A stretch of DNA of 64,000 bases from Squalus acanthias (lineage: Eukaryota): assembly GCA_030390025.1 (NCBI GenBank), contig CM059432.1, positions 73,720,001-73,784,000 of the forward strand, in the 5' to 3' direction. Shown in pieces: positions 1-11,808 of the stretch; positions within the stretch are counted from its first letter, which is position 1, and each line of letters starts with the position of its first letter. The notes beneath the pieces are model-generated. The model was not told the origin of the DNA. It was given only the letters and a program-made list of their open reading frames with translations, and made no database searches. The translations under genes were made by a program, and so were the position numbers.

Positions 1-563
1 TTACCAACACAAGTGCGGGCTTCCCAACGTCGGGAAACCCCACCAGGGTCTGCGGGGGTCAGAGGGTTCGAAAAGTGCGCTGTGGAGGTGAGTGATGGGT
101 GCAAGTGTGGAGAGGTAAGTACGGGAGGTGAGTGAAAAGTGTTAGAAAAAGTTTCCTTACCTTTGTTTCTTTCTGCAGGCTTCAACCGTTAGGGATCCGG
201 AGGCTCCTCATCTCCACGGCAGAGATGACAGAATGGCTGCTGCATTCTCCGATGCAACAGCCATCTGATTTCCGCTCAGGAAATAGTTTGGTGAATCTTG
301 AGTACAAGGACTCACCAAAGAACAGAGATTGTCAGCGTTTGACAGCTTCTCAAAGCTGTCAAACGATGACAATTCATCTGTCAAAAATTTTTGACAGATG
401 AAACGTCATACGCTGACGTTCTCTGTCACCGGCTTTCTCTTAGTTCAACAAGGTCAATCAAGGGAAAATAGCGTGGGTTGGCCGGATGTCATTGGGGGCG
501 GGACTGAAACCCGACAAGCAGCAGTCCCGCCCCCTACGCGCTCCCATTGATAAAATTCCCCCC
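1..563. mobile_element. Harbinger-type MITE, right part (left end outside window)
   Basis: Ends in AAAATTCCCCCC followed by ATA, the same TIR class as other MITEs here. GC-rich subterminal region with internal TGACAG palindromes. Confidence 0.6.
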
Positions 564-1410
564 ATAGAGCCTCTTCTGCCCAGTGAGAAATTACGATTTG
601 CTTCTCAAATCCTTGAACACGACATAAAACCAATAATACAATTACACCACAAAAAGGCAAAAGGGAGTTTCTTCTCCATGATCCCACCCAAAACCAAACA
701 GGATCACAGTGGATTATGAAGAAAAATTCAAGCAGTGAGCCCTACCACTGCTTCACTGCCCTGATTGGGATTTCTCTCCACCGCCTCTTCTCCCCCCACT
801 CCGCCCCCCCCCCCCCCGGGACTGCCGCTAGCCATTCCTTCCCCATTTAAACCACACAAATGGTGGTGTAGGCAGCTGGGCTCAGGCCTCCAGAGGATTT
901 CATTCCCTTCCGCCCCACTTACTGCTGCTACCTAGGGCAGCTATGTGGAAGGTGGCTATAAGTTCATGGAAGCAGAGGTAAACGCACCAAATTCCCCTAA
1001 TAGAGGGAGAAGGCCATGTTGTGGCCTCTTCCTCCTCCAGTCTGGTCCCTAACACTTACCTGCTGAAGGCCCCAGTCTCGGCCAAATCCTTCAGTGAGAC
1101 ATGCATTCCGATCCTTGGGGCACTTCTGCTCCATAAGGTCCATTCATATCTCTTTTGCTGCTGTAGCTCGGCTACTGATTTTCCACCCTTGCACTAGCAG
1201 ACTCCCTCTTAGTGATGGGAATCCCACTGGGATGGGTGGAAGTCCTGCACTGCCTGCTGGAACTCCATTTGAAGAGGAAAATCCCAGCACAGAAGTCAAG
1301 AAGGCAGAACCAAACTCATGGTCTGCACAGAGTCATAAATGATTATCTGTCATTGTCATTGTCATTGCCTTGGACATCTCCAAAGCCTTTGACACATTCA
1401 AATATTGTCC

Positions 1411-1600
1411 AAAAGCAAAATACTGCGGATGCTGGAAATCGAAAATAAAAACAGAAAATGCTGGAAATACTCAGCAGGTCAGGCAGCATCTGTGGAGAGA
1501 GAAACAGAGTTAACGTTTCAGGTCGGTGATCCTTCGTCAGAACTGGAAAAAGTTAGAGATGTAACAAGTTTTAAGTAAGTACAGAAGCAGGGAAAGCAGG
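1411..1600 (-). mobile_element. Penelope-like element terminal repeat (pLTR) fragment
   Basis: Same sequence (acagaaaatgctggaaatactcagcaggtcaggcagcatctgtggagag...) flanks the GIY-YIG remnant at 51622-51905. Confidence 0.75.
1508..1544 (-). ncRNA. Minimal type I hammerhead ribozyme motif (Penelope-associated)
   Basis: Minus strand reads agtt-CTGACGA-aggatcaccgacct-GAA-ACGT-T-aact: catalytic boxes, stem I AGTT/AACT, bulged stem II, palindromic stem III. Confidence 0.65.
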
Positions 1601-1654
1601 GATATGTTGTCCACTTCTAAACAGGTTACCATCATGTGGCCTCACACCTTTATT

Positions 1655-2680
1655 AATGGCATCTTGGTTCAGTAGTAATACTCTTGTCTCTGAGTCAAAA
1701 GGTATGGGTTTAAGCTCCACTCCAGGACTTGACCACAGAATGTAAACTGACACTCCAGTGTAGTGCTGAGGGAGTGTTGCATTGTCAGTAGTTCTTTCTT
1801 TCAGATGAGATATTGGGCCAGAAATTCGGTTTTCCAGCTTCCTGCGGGTGCAAGCATCGCGCGCGTACTTACCTACCGCGCCTGCCGTTGTGTTTTGGGC
1901 CCACGAGAACTTCGGGTCCTGGGCCTCCTGCAGCTGCCGGCGCACAGTGCTTGCATATCCCAGGGGCGCAGTTAGTTCGAAGCGTCCCCTGGGATCACGT
2001 GGGCCATGGAGAGCCAATCCTAGCAGGGCAATTTCATTCATAGATTTGACAGGAAGACCTGTCAAATCTATGAATTGAAATCAGCCCCAAAACAACACCT
2101 AAACTTCAAATAATTTTTTTTTTAAACCATCACATTTTTAAAATAACTATAAGTTAAATAAATTAACCACTTTAAACAAAAATTTAAATTTTTGAAAAAA
2201 TTAAAATACTTTTTAACAGTGCTAAAAATAAACTTACCTTTCTTTAAAGTATCTAAAAAAGATAAACCTGTTGAAATTTTTTTAAATTGTAATTAATTAA
2301 CCACTTACCTTGTTAAAAACGGGTCTTACGCCTCCTTTTTAAAAGCACAGCTTCTTCCATACTTACCTTCCCGGAGAAACCTGAAAAAAAGCGAAGTTCG
2401 CTGCGTGCGCGCAGCCTCTCTCGCGCACACGGTTCACCTCTGAACCCCTCCCTTCAGGGGAACGGAAGTTCCGGTTTCCCACTCATGCGCAGTGCATGCA
2501 GGAAACCGACACTTCAGGTGGCCTTACGGGTGAGTACACAGCGCGTACTCACCCGACAAGTGCCGAATTTCTGGCCCGCAAATCAAAGCCCCAAATGCCT
2601 GTTTATGAGGACATAACAGATCCCATGGCACTTGTTCAAAAAAGAGTGGAGAGTTTTCCCAGGCCTGGACATTCCTAGGC
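1655..2680 (+). mobile_element. Deu-domain tRNA-derived SINE (SacSINE1-like), split by MITE 1815-2577
   Basis: tRNA-like head (cttggttcagtagtaatactc...tctgagtca...ggtttaagctccactcc). Deu core tttcagatgaga...gatcccatggcact resumes after the MITE. Confidence 0.7.
1815..2577. mobile_element. Harbinger-type MITE (hairpin family, copy 1)
   Basis: Perfect 15-bp TIR gggccagaaattcgg / ccgaatttctggccc. Homologous to 33053-33781. Confidence 0.85.
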
Positions 2681-2759
2681 GTCTACTCTGCTGGTGCAGG
2701 GGCAGCAAAACAGAACTACCTTCCGCCCAATCCTTTCTATTTCTTTGAATCTAGTTTCC

Positions 2760-2940
2760 TCTTAATTAATTCTCTCTGTGCTATGGTTAATGACTTATCC
2801 TCCTACTCGGTTTCCAATAACTCAGGGGTTCCCCAAAGCTTTAACCTCTCTCCCACTCTGTTCTTTCTTCATAACCTCCTCCAGTCATCATCAAACCCTG
2901 TCCATTCTTTAGCTGACAACTCCACTCCACAATAATTTGT
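2760..2940 (+). mobile_element. Old LINE reverse-transcriptase fragment
   Basis: Degraded SGVPQ...LSPTLF and (F)ADxST-like motifs. Confidence 0.45.
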
Positions 2941-3168
2941 GCAGCATAAGATGATTTTTTTTCTCATAGGTTGCAACTGATTGATGGGTATGATGGCGGA
3001 ACAGATTGGAAAAAATATCTGTAGGGCTATGTATGTTGCCATATAATAGGGATCTTGTCTGCTTTCTTGCAAATATAATAGGGAGATAGGGTCTGGATGT
3101 CACACATCTCTACCTCCTCTTGCACGCCTTGTTGCAGTTTCACTAGAACGTGTGGCAGTTTAATTATA

Positions 3169-3915
3169 GGGGGAGAAATTCGGTATTGCCCCATTTGGGG
3201 ACGGTAACTTTTGAAAGCTGGGAAACTTAGCGCCAGGTGCTAATGATTCCCAGCTTTAAAAAAATTGGGTTTTAGCGCTCCAGGAAGAAAGTGGAGCACT
3301 AAATCAAGCGCTCCACTTCCTTCCTGGAGTGCAGCAGGCGGGGCGGTAGCTGCGCAGCGCTGCACAATGGGCCGTGCAACGCTGCCGCGCTGGAAGGCTC
3401 CTTCCCTCCCTTGAAGGGAAGGGCCATCGCTGCAGGGTGTGCAAGAGGAAACCTTACCTGGTCCCCGACGGCAGCCGCGATCCGACACGATCAGCCCGAT
3501 GCACTGCAGCAGAGTGCCGGGCTGATCGATCGCTAGCGAAGACAAAAAAAAAAGAAATAGCATTTCAGAATTTTATTTACTTACCTCAGCCACCTCGCCT
3601 TTAAGTATCGCCCCCAAAGCGCCCGGCCTCCCAATGAACGTCTCCTGCAGCTGCCGGTGTTTTTGCCCGGCAATGCTGCAGGGGATGGAACCGAAGTTCG
3701 AGTCCGGGGTGCTACCAGGGCGATGCGCAGCCGATGACATCACGATCTCCAGGCGCAGGAGATCGTGGCGCTAGGGGTTACCACCGCCACAAACCGTCAG
3801 GTGAATTTCGCGGGTGGCAGTAACATCGCCTCGCCTGGGCGGTAAATCATTAGCGGCTCGTTATCATCCCCCAGAAGTGATAACAGGAGGCACTAAGGAC
3901 ACCAATTTATAGCCC
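3169..3915. mobile_element. Harbinger-type MITE
   Basis: Imperfect TIR gggggagaaattcgg / ccaatttatagccc with ATA TSD on both sides. Internal hairpin gtggagc...gctccac. Related in inverted orientation to 24909-25628. Confidence 0.8.
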
Positions 3916-5470
3916 ATAGACTCTAGCAATTTCCCGACAACAGATGTTAGGTTAATTGGTCTATAATTCCCTGGTTTCCCTCTCTCGCCATTCTTAAATA
4001 GCAGAGTGACACACGCAATTTTCCAATCTAAAGGAATGGTTCCTGAATCAAGAGAACTTTGGAAGATTATAGTCAGGGCATCTGCACTGTGCTCACCTAC
4101 ATCCTTTAAAACCCTGGGATGGAAATCATCTGGCTCTAGGGATTTGTCACTCTTTAGTGCCATTATTTTCTTCATTACTGTTATTTTACTTACGTTAATT
4201 TTATTGAGTCCCTGTCCCTGATTCAATATTATTTTCATTGGGATTTCTGGCATGCTATCCTCTTCCTCTACTGTAAGTACTGATGCAAAATAATTATTCA
4301 ACATGTCCGCCATTTCCTTATTATCATTGACAATATCACCAATATCAGTTTTTAAGGGGCCAACGTTGCTCCTGACAACCCTCTTTTTCGTAATATAATT
4401 GTAAAAAAATTTTGTGTTGATTTTGATATCCCTTGCAAGTTTCTTTTCGTACTCCCTTTTTGTAGCTCATACTATCTGTTTTGTGGCCCTTTGTTGTTCT
4501 TTGTATCTTTCCCATTCGCCAGGATCTGTGCTATTTTTTGCATTTTTGTATGCCCTTTCCTTTAGTTTTATGCTGTCCCTTACCTCTTTAGTCGTCCATG
4601 GCTGGGTTTTTTTCGGCAAGTAGAGCTCTTGCCCCTCAGGGGTATAAACTGGTTCTGTATCACCTTAAATTCTTTTTTGAACATCTCCCACTGATCTTCT
4701 GTCATTTTACCCATTAACAGATTTGCCCAGTTTACTGTGGACAGTCTCTGTCTCATCCTGTTTAAGTCGGCCTTACCCAAATCTAGAATCTTAGTAGCTG
4801 TTTCGCGTTTCTCCCTTTCAAATGTTACGTTGAACTTGATCATGTTATGATCGCTATTGGATAAATGTTCACGCACAGTTAAGCTGTTAACTAAATCTGG
4901 CTCATTACTCATTACTAAATCTAATATGGCATGCTCCCTTGTTGCCTCTAGACATATTGTTGTAGAAAACTATCCTGGACACACTCAAGAAATTCACTAC
5001 CTTTCTGGCATGTGCTAGTCTACTTATCCCAATCTATATGAAAGTTAAAATCCCCCATTAAAACCACTCTGTCTTTACTACACGCTTGTCTAATCTCTGC
5101 ATTTATACAATCTAGCACTTCACAGCTGCTACCGGGGGCCTATACACAACTCCAACTACAGTCTTCGATCCTTTCCTATTTCTTAATTCTACTCATAAAG
5201 TCTCCACTGCCTGCTTACCTCTCGTTATATCCTCTCTTATCATTGAAGTGATTTCATCCTTAATCACTAAGGCTACTCCTCCCCCTCTGCCATTTTCCCT
5301 ATCTGTCCAGTAGACCTTATAACCTGGTATATTTAGTTACCAGTCCTGACCATCTTGCAGCCATGTCTCAGTAATGGCTACCATGTCATACCCTCCAATT
5401 TGAATTTGCACCTGCAGTTCATTCAATTTATAAAGAACATTTATTTGGGCCACACACTCTAGCCTGTCCT
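3916..5470 (-). pseudogene. CR1 ORF2 (APE endonuclease plus start of RT), disrupted
   Basis: YDMVAITETWL, SNSDHNMI, DWKIACVT..FK and NYRPINLTSVVGKLLES motifs across broken ORFs. Confidence 0.9.
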
Positions 5471-5662
5471 TCAGCTCTAATGTTTTACTCATTTGTTTCT
5501 TATTTCTCTCTCTCTGGTTTAATCACTTTACATCTTTTAGTTTTCCCTTTACCTGTAGTGCCTAAAGCACAATTTCTGACTGTTTCTCTACTCTCTTCCC
5601 TTTAGTTTGTTTTTGAACTACTATTTGTACTATAATTTCCACCTGAGCCTCCCCCCCATTTA

Positions 5663-7496
5663 CTAGTTTAAAGTCCTTGTGACCGCCCTATTTATCCTTT
5701 CCGTTACGACCTTAGTCCTAGACCGGGTTGAGCCTGTCCCAACGGTACAGTTCGTTCCTGTCCCAATACTGGTGCCAGTGCCCCATTAATGGAACCCTCT
5801 CTTTCCCACACCACTTCTTTAGCCATGTGTTCACTTCCCTAATCAGCTTATCCCTACGACAATTTGCACATGGTTCAGGTAATAATCCAGAGATTATAAC
5901 CCTTGAGGTGCTGTTCTTTAATTTAGCTCCTAGTTCCTGGTATTCCCCAAACAGGACCTCCTGCTTACTCTTCCCTATGTTGTTGGTCCCAACATGGACC
6001 ACAACGACTGGATCCTCCCCCTCCCTCTCAAATATCCTTTCAAGCTGGTTCGAGATGTCCCTCACCCTGGCACCAGGTAGGCAACATACCATGTGGGACT
6101 CTCGATCTTGCTTACAAAGGATGCTATCTGTCCCCCTAATTATAGAATCTCCTACAACTACCACATTACACTTCCTCTCCTCCTCCTACTCCCCTCTTTG
6201 GACAGCCTCCTGCTCCAAAGTGTCATGATCCGCATTCTGGCTGTCCTTATCCTCACAGGTAGCAAGTACATTGCACCTGTTGGATAGGATCAGTTTCTGT
6301 GGATCCTAAGGGGGAAAAATTCAGTTGGTTGCGCCTCCCGTTAGCGCCTGAAGAGGGCACTAATGGGGCGGAAAGCAACTAGCGCCCGGGCGCGGCAATG
6401 TTTGCGCCGCTCGCGAAATTAACAAGACATTTTGCGGTGGTGCTAAACACTACTGCCACGATCTCCTGCGCCGGCAGATCGTGACATCAGTCGAGTGCGC
6501 AACACCCCGGTAGCGCCCTGGAACGGATATTGAGTGGCACCCCCTGCCTTACCGCCTGCCGCTAGCAACAACAGGTTGAGGGGAGCGTTTTGCAGTCAGG
6601 AAGGGACTGGGGGAGCGCTATTTAAAGGCGACCGCTTCCTGCCTTTTATTATTGGTGACATTTTTGAACCATGCATTCTGAGAGAGAGAGAGAGAGAGAG
6701 ACTGCTGGAGAGATTCAACGCTGTGTGAAGGAGTTTTGGGTACTGAGCACTTTGCAGGTTCATTTTGATTTGCCCTTCCTTGTATCGATTTAGAAGAGAC
6801 TGTGGGGGCTGCACTCTGAGCTCTTGCCCTGGGCCTCTCCATTGTTCTTTCCAGCAGATTTGATGTACAAGTCTCTCCAGGCTGAGATTCAAGGCTGCAA
6901 TGAGCAGGATGTGGATGGAAAGCAAGATCAACCCTCCCCTTTAAGAACTGGCCGGCGCCATTGTGTCTGTGTTCCATTGCTGACTGACATCACATGAGCT
7001 TCGCCAGCGCTCTGAGGTAGCGCCTTGCTCCTTGGCCTTTGCGCCTTAAGACAGGTGTGAAGCGCCTGATTTAGCGCTCCAATCACCTCCAGGGGCGATA
7101 AAAGTCAAGTTTGCAGTCGGAGGTGATAATTAGCGGCAGGCGCTAATCTTTGCGCCCGGCCGATAATTGCGCCGCAAACGGGGCGATACTGAATTTCTCC
7201 CCCTAATTCCCTTTCTTACCTTGGTTCCCCTTACTCTGCACACTATTGGTCAAACCAACCTCATTCTGAACCTGCACCTCTCTACGAGGTGTGACTGAAG
7301 TCTGGAGCAAACTGTCCAGATACTCTTCCCCCTCCCTTATGTGTCAGAGTGTCTCCAACTCGCACTCCAGCTCAATGACTCTGAACCGGAGAGATTCGAG
7401 ACGGAGACATCTCCTGCAGACATGTTCACTCGAGACAGTCTTGCTGTCCACAAACTCCCACATACTGCAGTCCAGACACACAACCTGCTCTGCCAT
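5663..7496 (-). pseudogene. CR1 ORF1 (CxxC..CxxC finger, coiled coil, SGNH esterase), disrupted
   Basis: MAEQVVCLDCSMWEF...HVCRRC at 7496-7400. VVVGDSIIRG and VVVHVGTNNIG esterase motifs in ORF 5718-6164. Ends at the typical CTTTAAACTAG. Confidence 0.85.
6310..7203. mobile_element. Harbinger-type MITE (~890 bp, young)
   Basis: TIR gggggaaaaattcag / ctgaatttctccccc with perfect TAA TSD. Near-identical inverted copy at 31540-32429. Confidence 0.92.
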
Positions 7497-7859
7497 ATCT
7501 TAATCTAACCTTGTTTTATTTATTTAATTAGTTAAAATCTTTATTCAATGATTATTTATCGTTATATTAATTAGTTTATCTAGTTAAGTTTTTAATTTAA
7601 TAACGTACGTTATAGTTTCCCGCTCTTAGTTTAAACCACTGTCCTAGCTTAGAGAATAAAAACCGTTAATACTCACCAACCAATCACCTATCTGTGACGT
7701 CACTGGTTGTTTTTGTTGTTGTTTTTGAAGCCGCTCTCCCGCTGTACTCTGCTGCACTGCCCTCTCAGGATAGCAGCACCTGTTAGCCCTTTTCCATGCC
7801 TGCACACGTGGCAGAGAGGAGGCAGAGACAGGCTGCCCATGCAACAGAACAAGCAGTGC

Positions 7860-8600
7860 AGCCCCCAGCGGGCCTACCCAAGACGTTGCTGCCATGAGAC
7901 ACGAACCATCTGAGTCTATTGAGGCTCCTATCGAAACATAACAGTCAGCCACCTCATGCACCTCTTCCATTGAGGTCACTCCTTGGAGAAGCAATAGATC
8001 AAGGTTAAGAGCTCAAACACATACACTGGCATCAAGGTGAAGCATGGTGTTAAGAAGAAATAGACGCACGGACAAACACAGTATGGATAATGGCGGCATA
8101 AAAGTTGTTGGGCTCACAGACATTATTTTTGAGAAGTTGCTTTCATGAGGCTGCATGAATGGGAGCTTAGGGAGTTGGTGTACACAGAGACACAGAGACA
8201 TAAGACATAGGAATTAGGAGCAGGAGTAGGCCTTACGACCACTTGAGCCTGCTTTGCCATTTAATTTGATCATGGCTGATCTTCTACCTCAACTCCACTT
8301 TCCCGCCTGATCCCCATATCCCTTCATTCCCCCAGAGTCCAAAAATCTATCTAACTCAGCCTTGAATATACTAAACGACTCAGCATCCACAGCCCTCTGG
8401 GGCAGAGAATTCCAAAGATTCACAACCCTCTGAGTGAAGAAATTCCTCCTCATCTCAGTTTTAAATGGCCTACCCCTTATCCTGAGACTATGCCCCCATA
8501 GGGAGAAGGGTTTCTTAGGATCCAACCTTTCAAGACAAAAATTGCCCCAAAATGAGCTCTTGTAAATCACTCCAAAAGGTCAGCAGGACAGCTTTTAGAG
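7860..8600 (-). pseudogene. Possible ancient Harbinger transposase remnant, interrupted by CR1 tail
   Basis: Weak EVAD..IGASIDSDGS motif resembling GAIDG, and a W-x-NF motif upstream. Confidence 0.3.
8200..8497 (-). mobile_element. CR1 LINE 3' end
   Basis: GHSLRIRGRPFKTEMRRNFFTQRVVNLWNSLP followed by the CR1 3' UTR/tail. Confidence 0.9.
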
Positions 8601-8764
8601 TACCTCTGGTGAGTTTGCATCTGTAGGAGTGTGCTGTTTTCCAGGTCTTATAGGCAACACAGCAAGGATGTCATGCCAGTGATATGACAGATCAAAATTT
8701 CCAGGACAACAAGGGCATGCCCCCAACTCCGGCCATATACATAAAATTAGTGCTTCTAATAAGG

Positions 8765-9245
8765 CTCATGCCCTATTAGAAGAATGAGATCGGGCTTAAA
8801 GAGTTAAATTATGAGGACTGGTTGCATAAACTTGGTTTGTAATGCCTTTCGAAGGTTGAGGGGTGATCTAATTGCGGTATTTGAAATGATACAGGGGTTC
8901 AATAAGGTTAATGCAGAGAAATTGTTTTCTCTGGTGGGGAAAATCCAGAACAAGGGGGCACAATCTTAAAATTAGAGCTAGGCCATTTAGGAGTGAAATC
9001 AAGAAGCAGTTTTTCACATAAAGATTGATGGAAATCTGGAACTCGCTCTCCCAAAAGGCTGTGAATGCTGGGTCAATTGAAATTGTCAAGACTGAGATTG
9101 ATGGACTTTTGTTAGGTAAGGGTATCAAGGGATATGGAACAAAGGCGGTAAATGGTGTTGAAGTACAGGTCATCCATGATCAGATTGAATGGCGGAATAG
9201 TCTCAACGGCTGAATGGCCCACTATTGTTCATATGTTCCTATGTC
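8765..9245 (+). mobile_element. CR1 LINE 3' end
   Basis: RT C-terminus (RG(D)LI, WNSL, FKTEID-like), then 3' UTR and atatgttcctatgt tail. Confidence 0.85.
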
Positions 9246-11399
9246 CCCTATGCTACAGAAAAGTGGGAGTCTCCAGCTCCCTCAGTGCAGGCCCAGTGGA
9301 AAACTCAGGGAAAACACATCCCAGTTTTCCACCCACTCTATGCTTGGTGTGCATCTGCTGCCAGCACATTTAGGTTCATGTTATTAATTCATTGGAATCA
9401 GGTTTTGCAACTTTATATCAGATGAGTCAGAAATTTGGTTAATACAATAGAAAGGCCATTCAGGGATGAGACTCGTACATATTCTACAGCCACACCAGTT
9501 AAAAAACAATGTGACTAAATGCTGCCAGATGCTATCATTTACCTAAAGATTTTCTTTCATCTGCTTTACAAGACATGAAGAGAAAGCTTACACAAGCCAG
9601 TGAGTGCGCAAAAAGAAGCTATTTAAGCCGCATTATCTTTTACCTACATGTCATCAATCTTACACTCTATATTGTAGAGTTCAAAGACAAAGTAGATAAT
9701 CCATTGTTTAATAATGTCAAAGTTCATCACTTTGAAATCAGACAGCTGCACAATTATTCATCATTTTTGTCTAAAGTGCCTGTTATAATTTACAGTGAAT
9801 GCGAGGATTCCTGTCCAATTTGCCATCTGAATTCAAAAAGTAGTCTGACAGGATAGACAAATCTCTTTATTTTATTTAATATGATGTCAGATATTTAATG
9901 TAAATTTGATTTGAAGAATTGCCTTCATTCAGCTGTGTCTCTGGGAGGACCCTATTCTTCTGTGGCAATGGACACCGCTACAAATTGGCTGCAGTCAGAC
10001 TCTGACAGCTATTCAATGGCAAACATCTGTCCTAAATAGGGTTTCTTTTTTGTTTCATGTCCTTTGTTCATAAACTAATTAGCCTGGATTTATCTTGGGT
10101 TTAGCTCCGTCACCGGAAGTAGATTGAGACTTCCAGCTGGCCTGTTTCCTGGGCTCAAAGTCACTGGGAACAATTTTTACATTCACTTTCACTGCACTTT
10201 TTTTTTAAGAGTTTCAAGATTTTGAAATTCCCCCTTTGAGTAAGGCAACTGATCACTTAGCAATAAGTTGTCTTAGGCATTGTGGCCAGTTAAATTTTAA
10301 ATCTGCCTGCTGCCCTTAGCAACATTGGACCTAGAAATTTACTTGGTGTTCCTGTTGCTCAGCATCTTGCTCCCCTGCCTGCCCAGGTTACGATGAAGAG
10401 GAAATTCAGGCCCAATAGTATCTACCTATATCACAATTTTTGGACAAACCACTAACAAGTTAATTATTTGCAGATATATGCTCTAGCAAAGAGCTGGCAC
10501 AGACATAATGGGCTGAGTGGTCTCCTTCTGTGCTGCAATCATCTATGGTTCTGCCTTCTCATGTTCCACTCCAAGCTCCTCTTGCCTACTTGTGCTCAAT
10601 ACCCGATGAACTGCCAAGGACCATTCCAGTGGCTCCCTGGAGGTGGCCTCCTGCTGCCTGAAAGTTTGCTCCCTCCCGTCGGCCAGGCAGTGATTTCTGC
10701 CAGGTTCGGGTCAGAGTCAGGCCTGGCTATGGAAATGAGACCCAGGAGTTAAAACCTCTCCGGATCTCACCATGCGAGCTTATTGCTCACCCTGGCCCCT
10801 CGCACGGAAGGGTCCTGCCCCAAAATATAATAGGGGTCATAGAGTGAGATCAGGTACATGGAACAACCAAGTACAATCTTTTGAAGATTTCTTTGCATCC
10901 ATTCCTTTTTTAACTGTGAGGTAGACACAGTTGGAGGAAGTTTGAAGAGTTTTCAAGTATCTCCTATACATTGATGGGTAGATAACACTTCCAAACAGTG
11001 AGAGGAAGACGGTTGGAAGTGTAGACCAATCTTATTACAGAACATCCTTCTAAGGTGCCACAGCATCCTCTTACCTGAGTGTAGAACAGTGGGCCTTAAT
11101 GTGGTCTTTGAATATCTCCTTGATGATTATCTGTAAACAGTGTCTAAGTAAATCACACCTGGCCTATGCTTGAACTTATACTGAATTATCCTGATAACTA
11201 AATAATGGAAACAAAGGAGGAAGATTTATATTGGGTGCTAGGTATAAAATCATAATCCTATTTATAAAGAATGGGTTTATTTTGCCACACAGTGCACAGA
11301 GGAAATCTTCCCCCCAAATGTCTGTATCTGGGCTACTGATTGATCAAGTGAAGGTGATGTTGATAAGTAGTATGGTGAATGCTCCTCTAAAGCTATATC

Positions 11400-11808
11400 A
11401 GCCTTTGCTCAGTGGTAGCACTCTCACCTCTGAGTCAAAAGGTTGTGTGTTCAAGTCCCACTTCAGAGACTTGAGCACATAATCTAGACTGACATTTCAG
11501 TGCAGTACTGAGGGAGTACTGCTCTGTCGGGGGTGCCGTCTTATCTCCCAGATAGAGGCAAAAAATCCCGTAACACTATCTGAAGAAGATCAGGGGAGTT
11601 CTCCCTGGTGTCCAGGCCAATATCTATCCCTCAACTAAAACAGATTCTTTGGTCATTATCTCATTGATATTTGTGGGACCTTGCCCTGCACAAATTGGCT
11701 GCTGCGTTTCCTACATTACTACTGTGACTACACTTCAAATGTACTTCAGTAAAGTGATTTTGGACGTCGTGAAAGGCGCTACCTAAATGCAAGTTTTTTC
11801 TTTCTTTT
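11400..11808 (+). mobile_element. Deu-domain tRNA-derived SINE, near full length
   Basis: A/B-box head (gctcagtggtagc, gttcaagtccc), partial Deu core, L2-like tail gtgaaaggcgctacctaaatgcaag. Confidence 0.85.

Larger units (their letters stand above)
3916..7760 (-). mobile_element. CR1 LINE retaining 5' UTR, ORF1 and N-terminal half of ORF2; 3' truncated; split by MITE 6310-7203
   Basis: ORF1 and ORF2 motifs listed in the next two entries. AT-rich 5' UTR with TGACGTCA near 7696. 5' boundary approximate. Confidence 0.9.

Noticed and set aside
6596..6977. ORFs conserved between 6596-6977 and 31766-32144
   Set aside because: Overlapping frames are equally preserved and there is no domain. Recent MITE duplication explains it.
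11400..11475. tRNA genes (also ~1660, ~35490, ~37296, ~60980)
   Set aside because: These are SINE/LINE heads continuous with repeat bodies, with no full cloverleaf.
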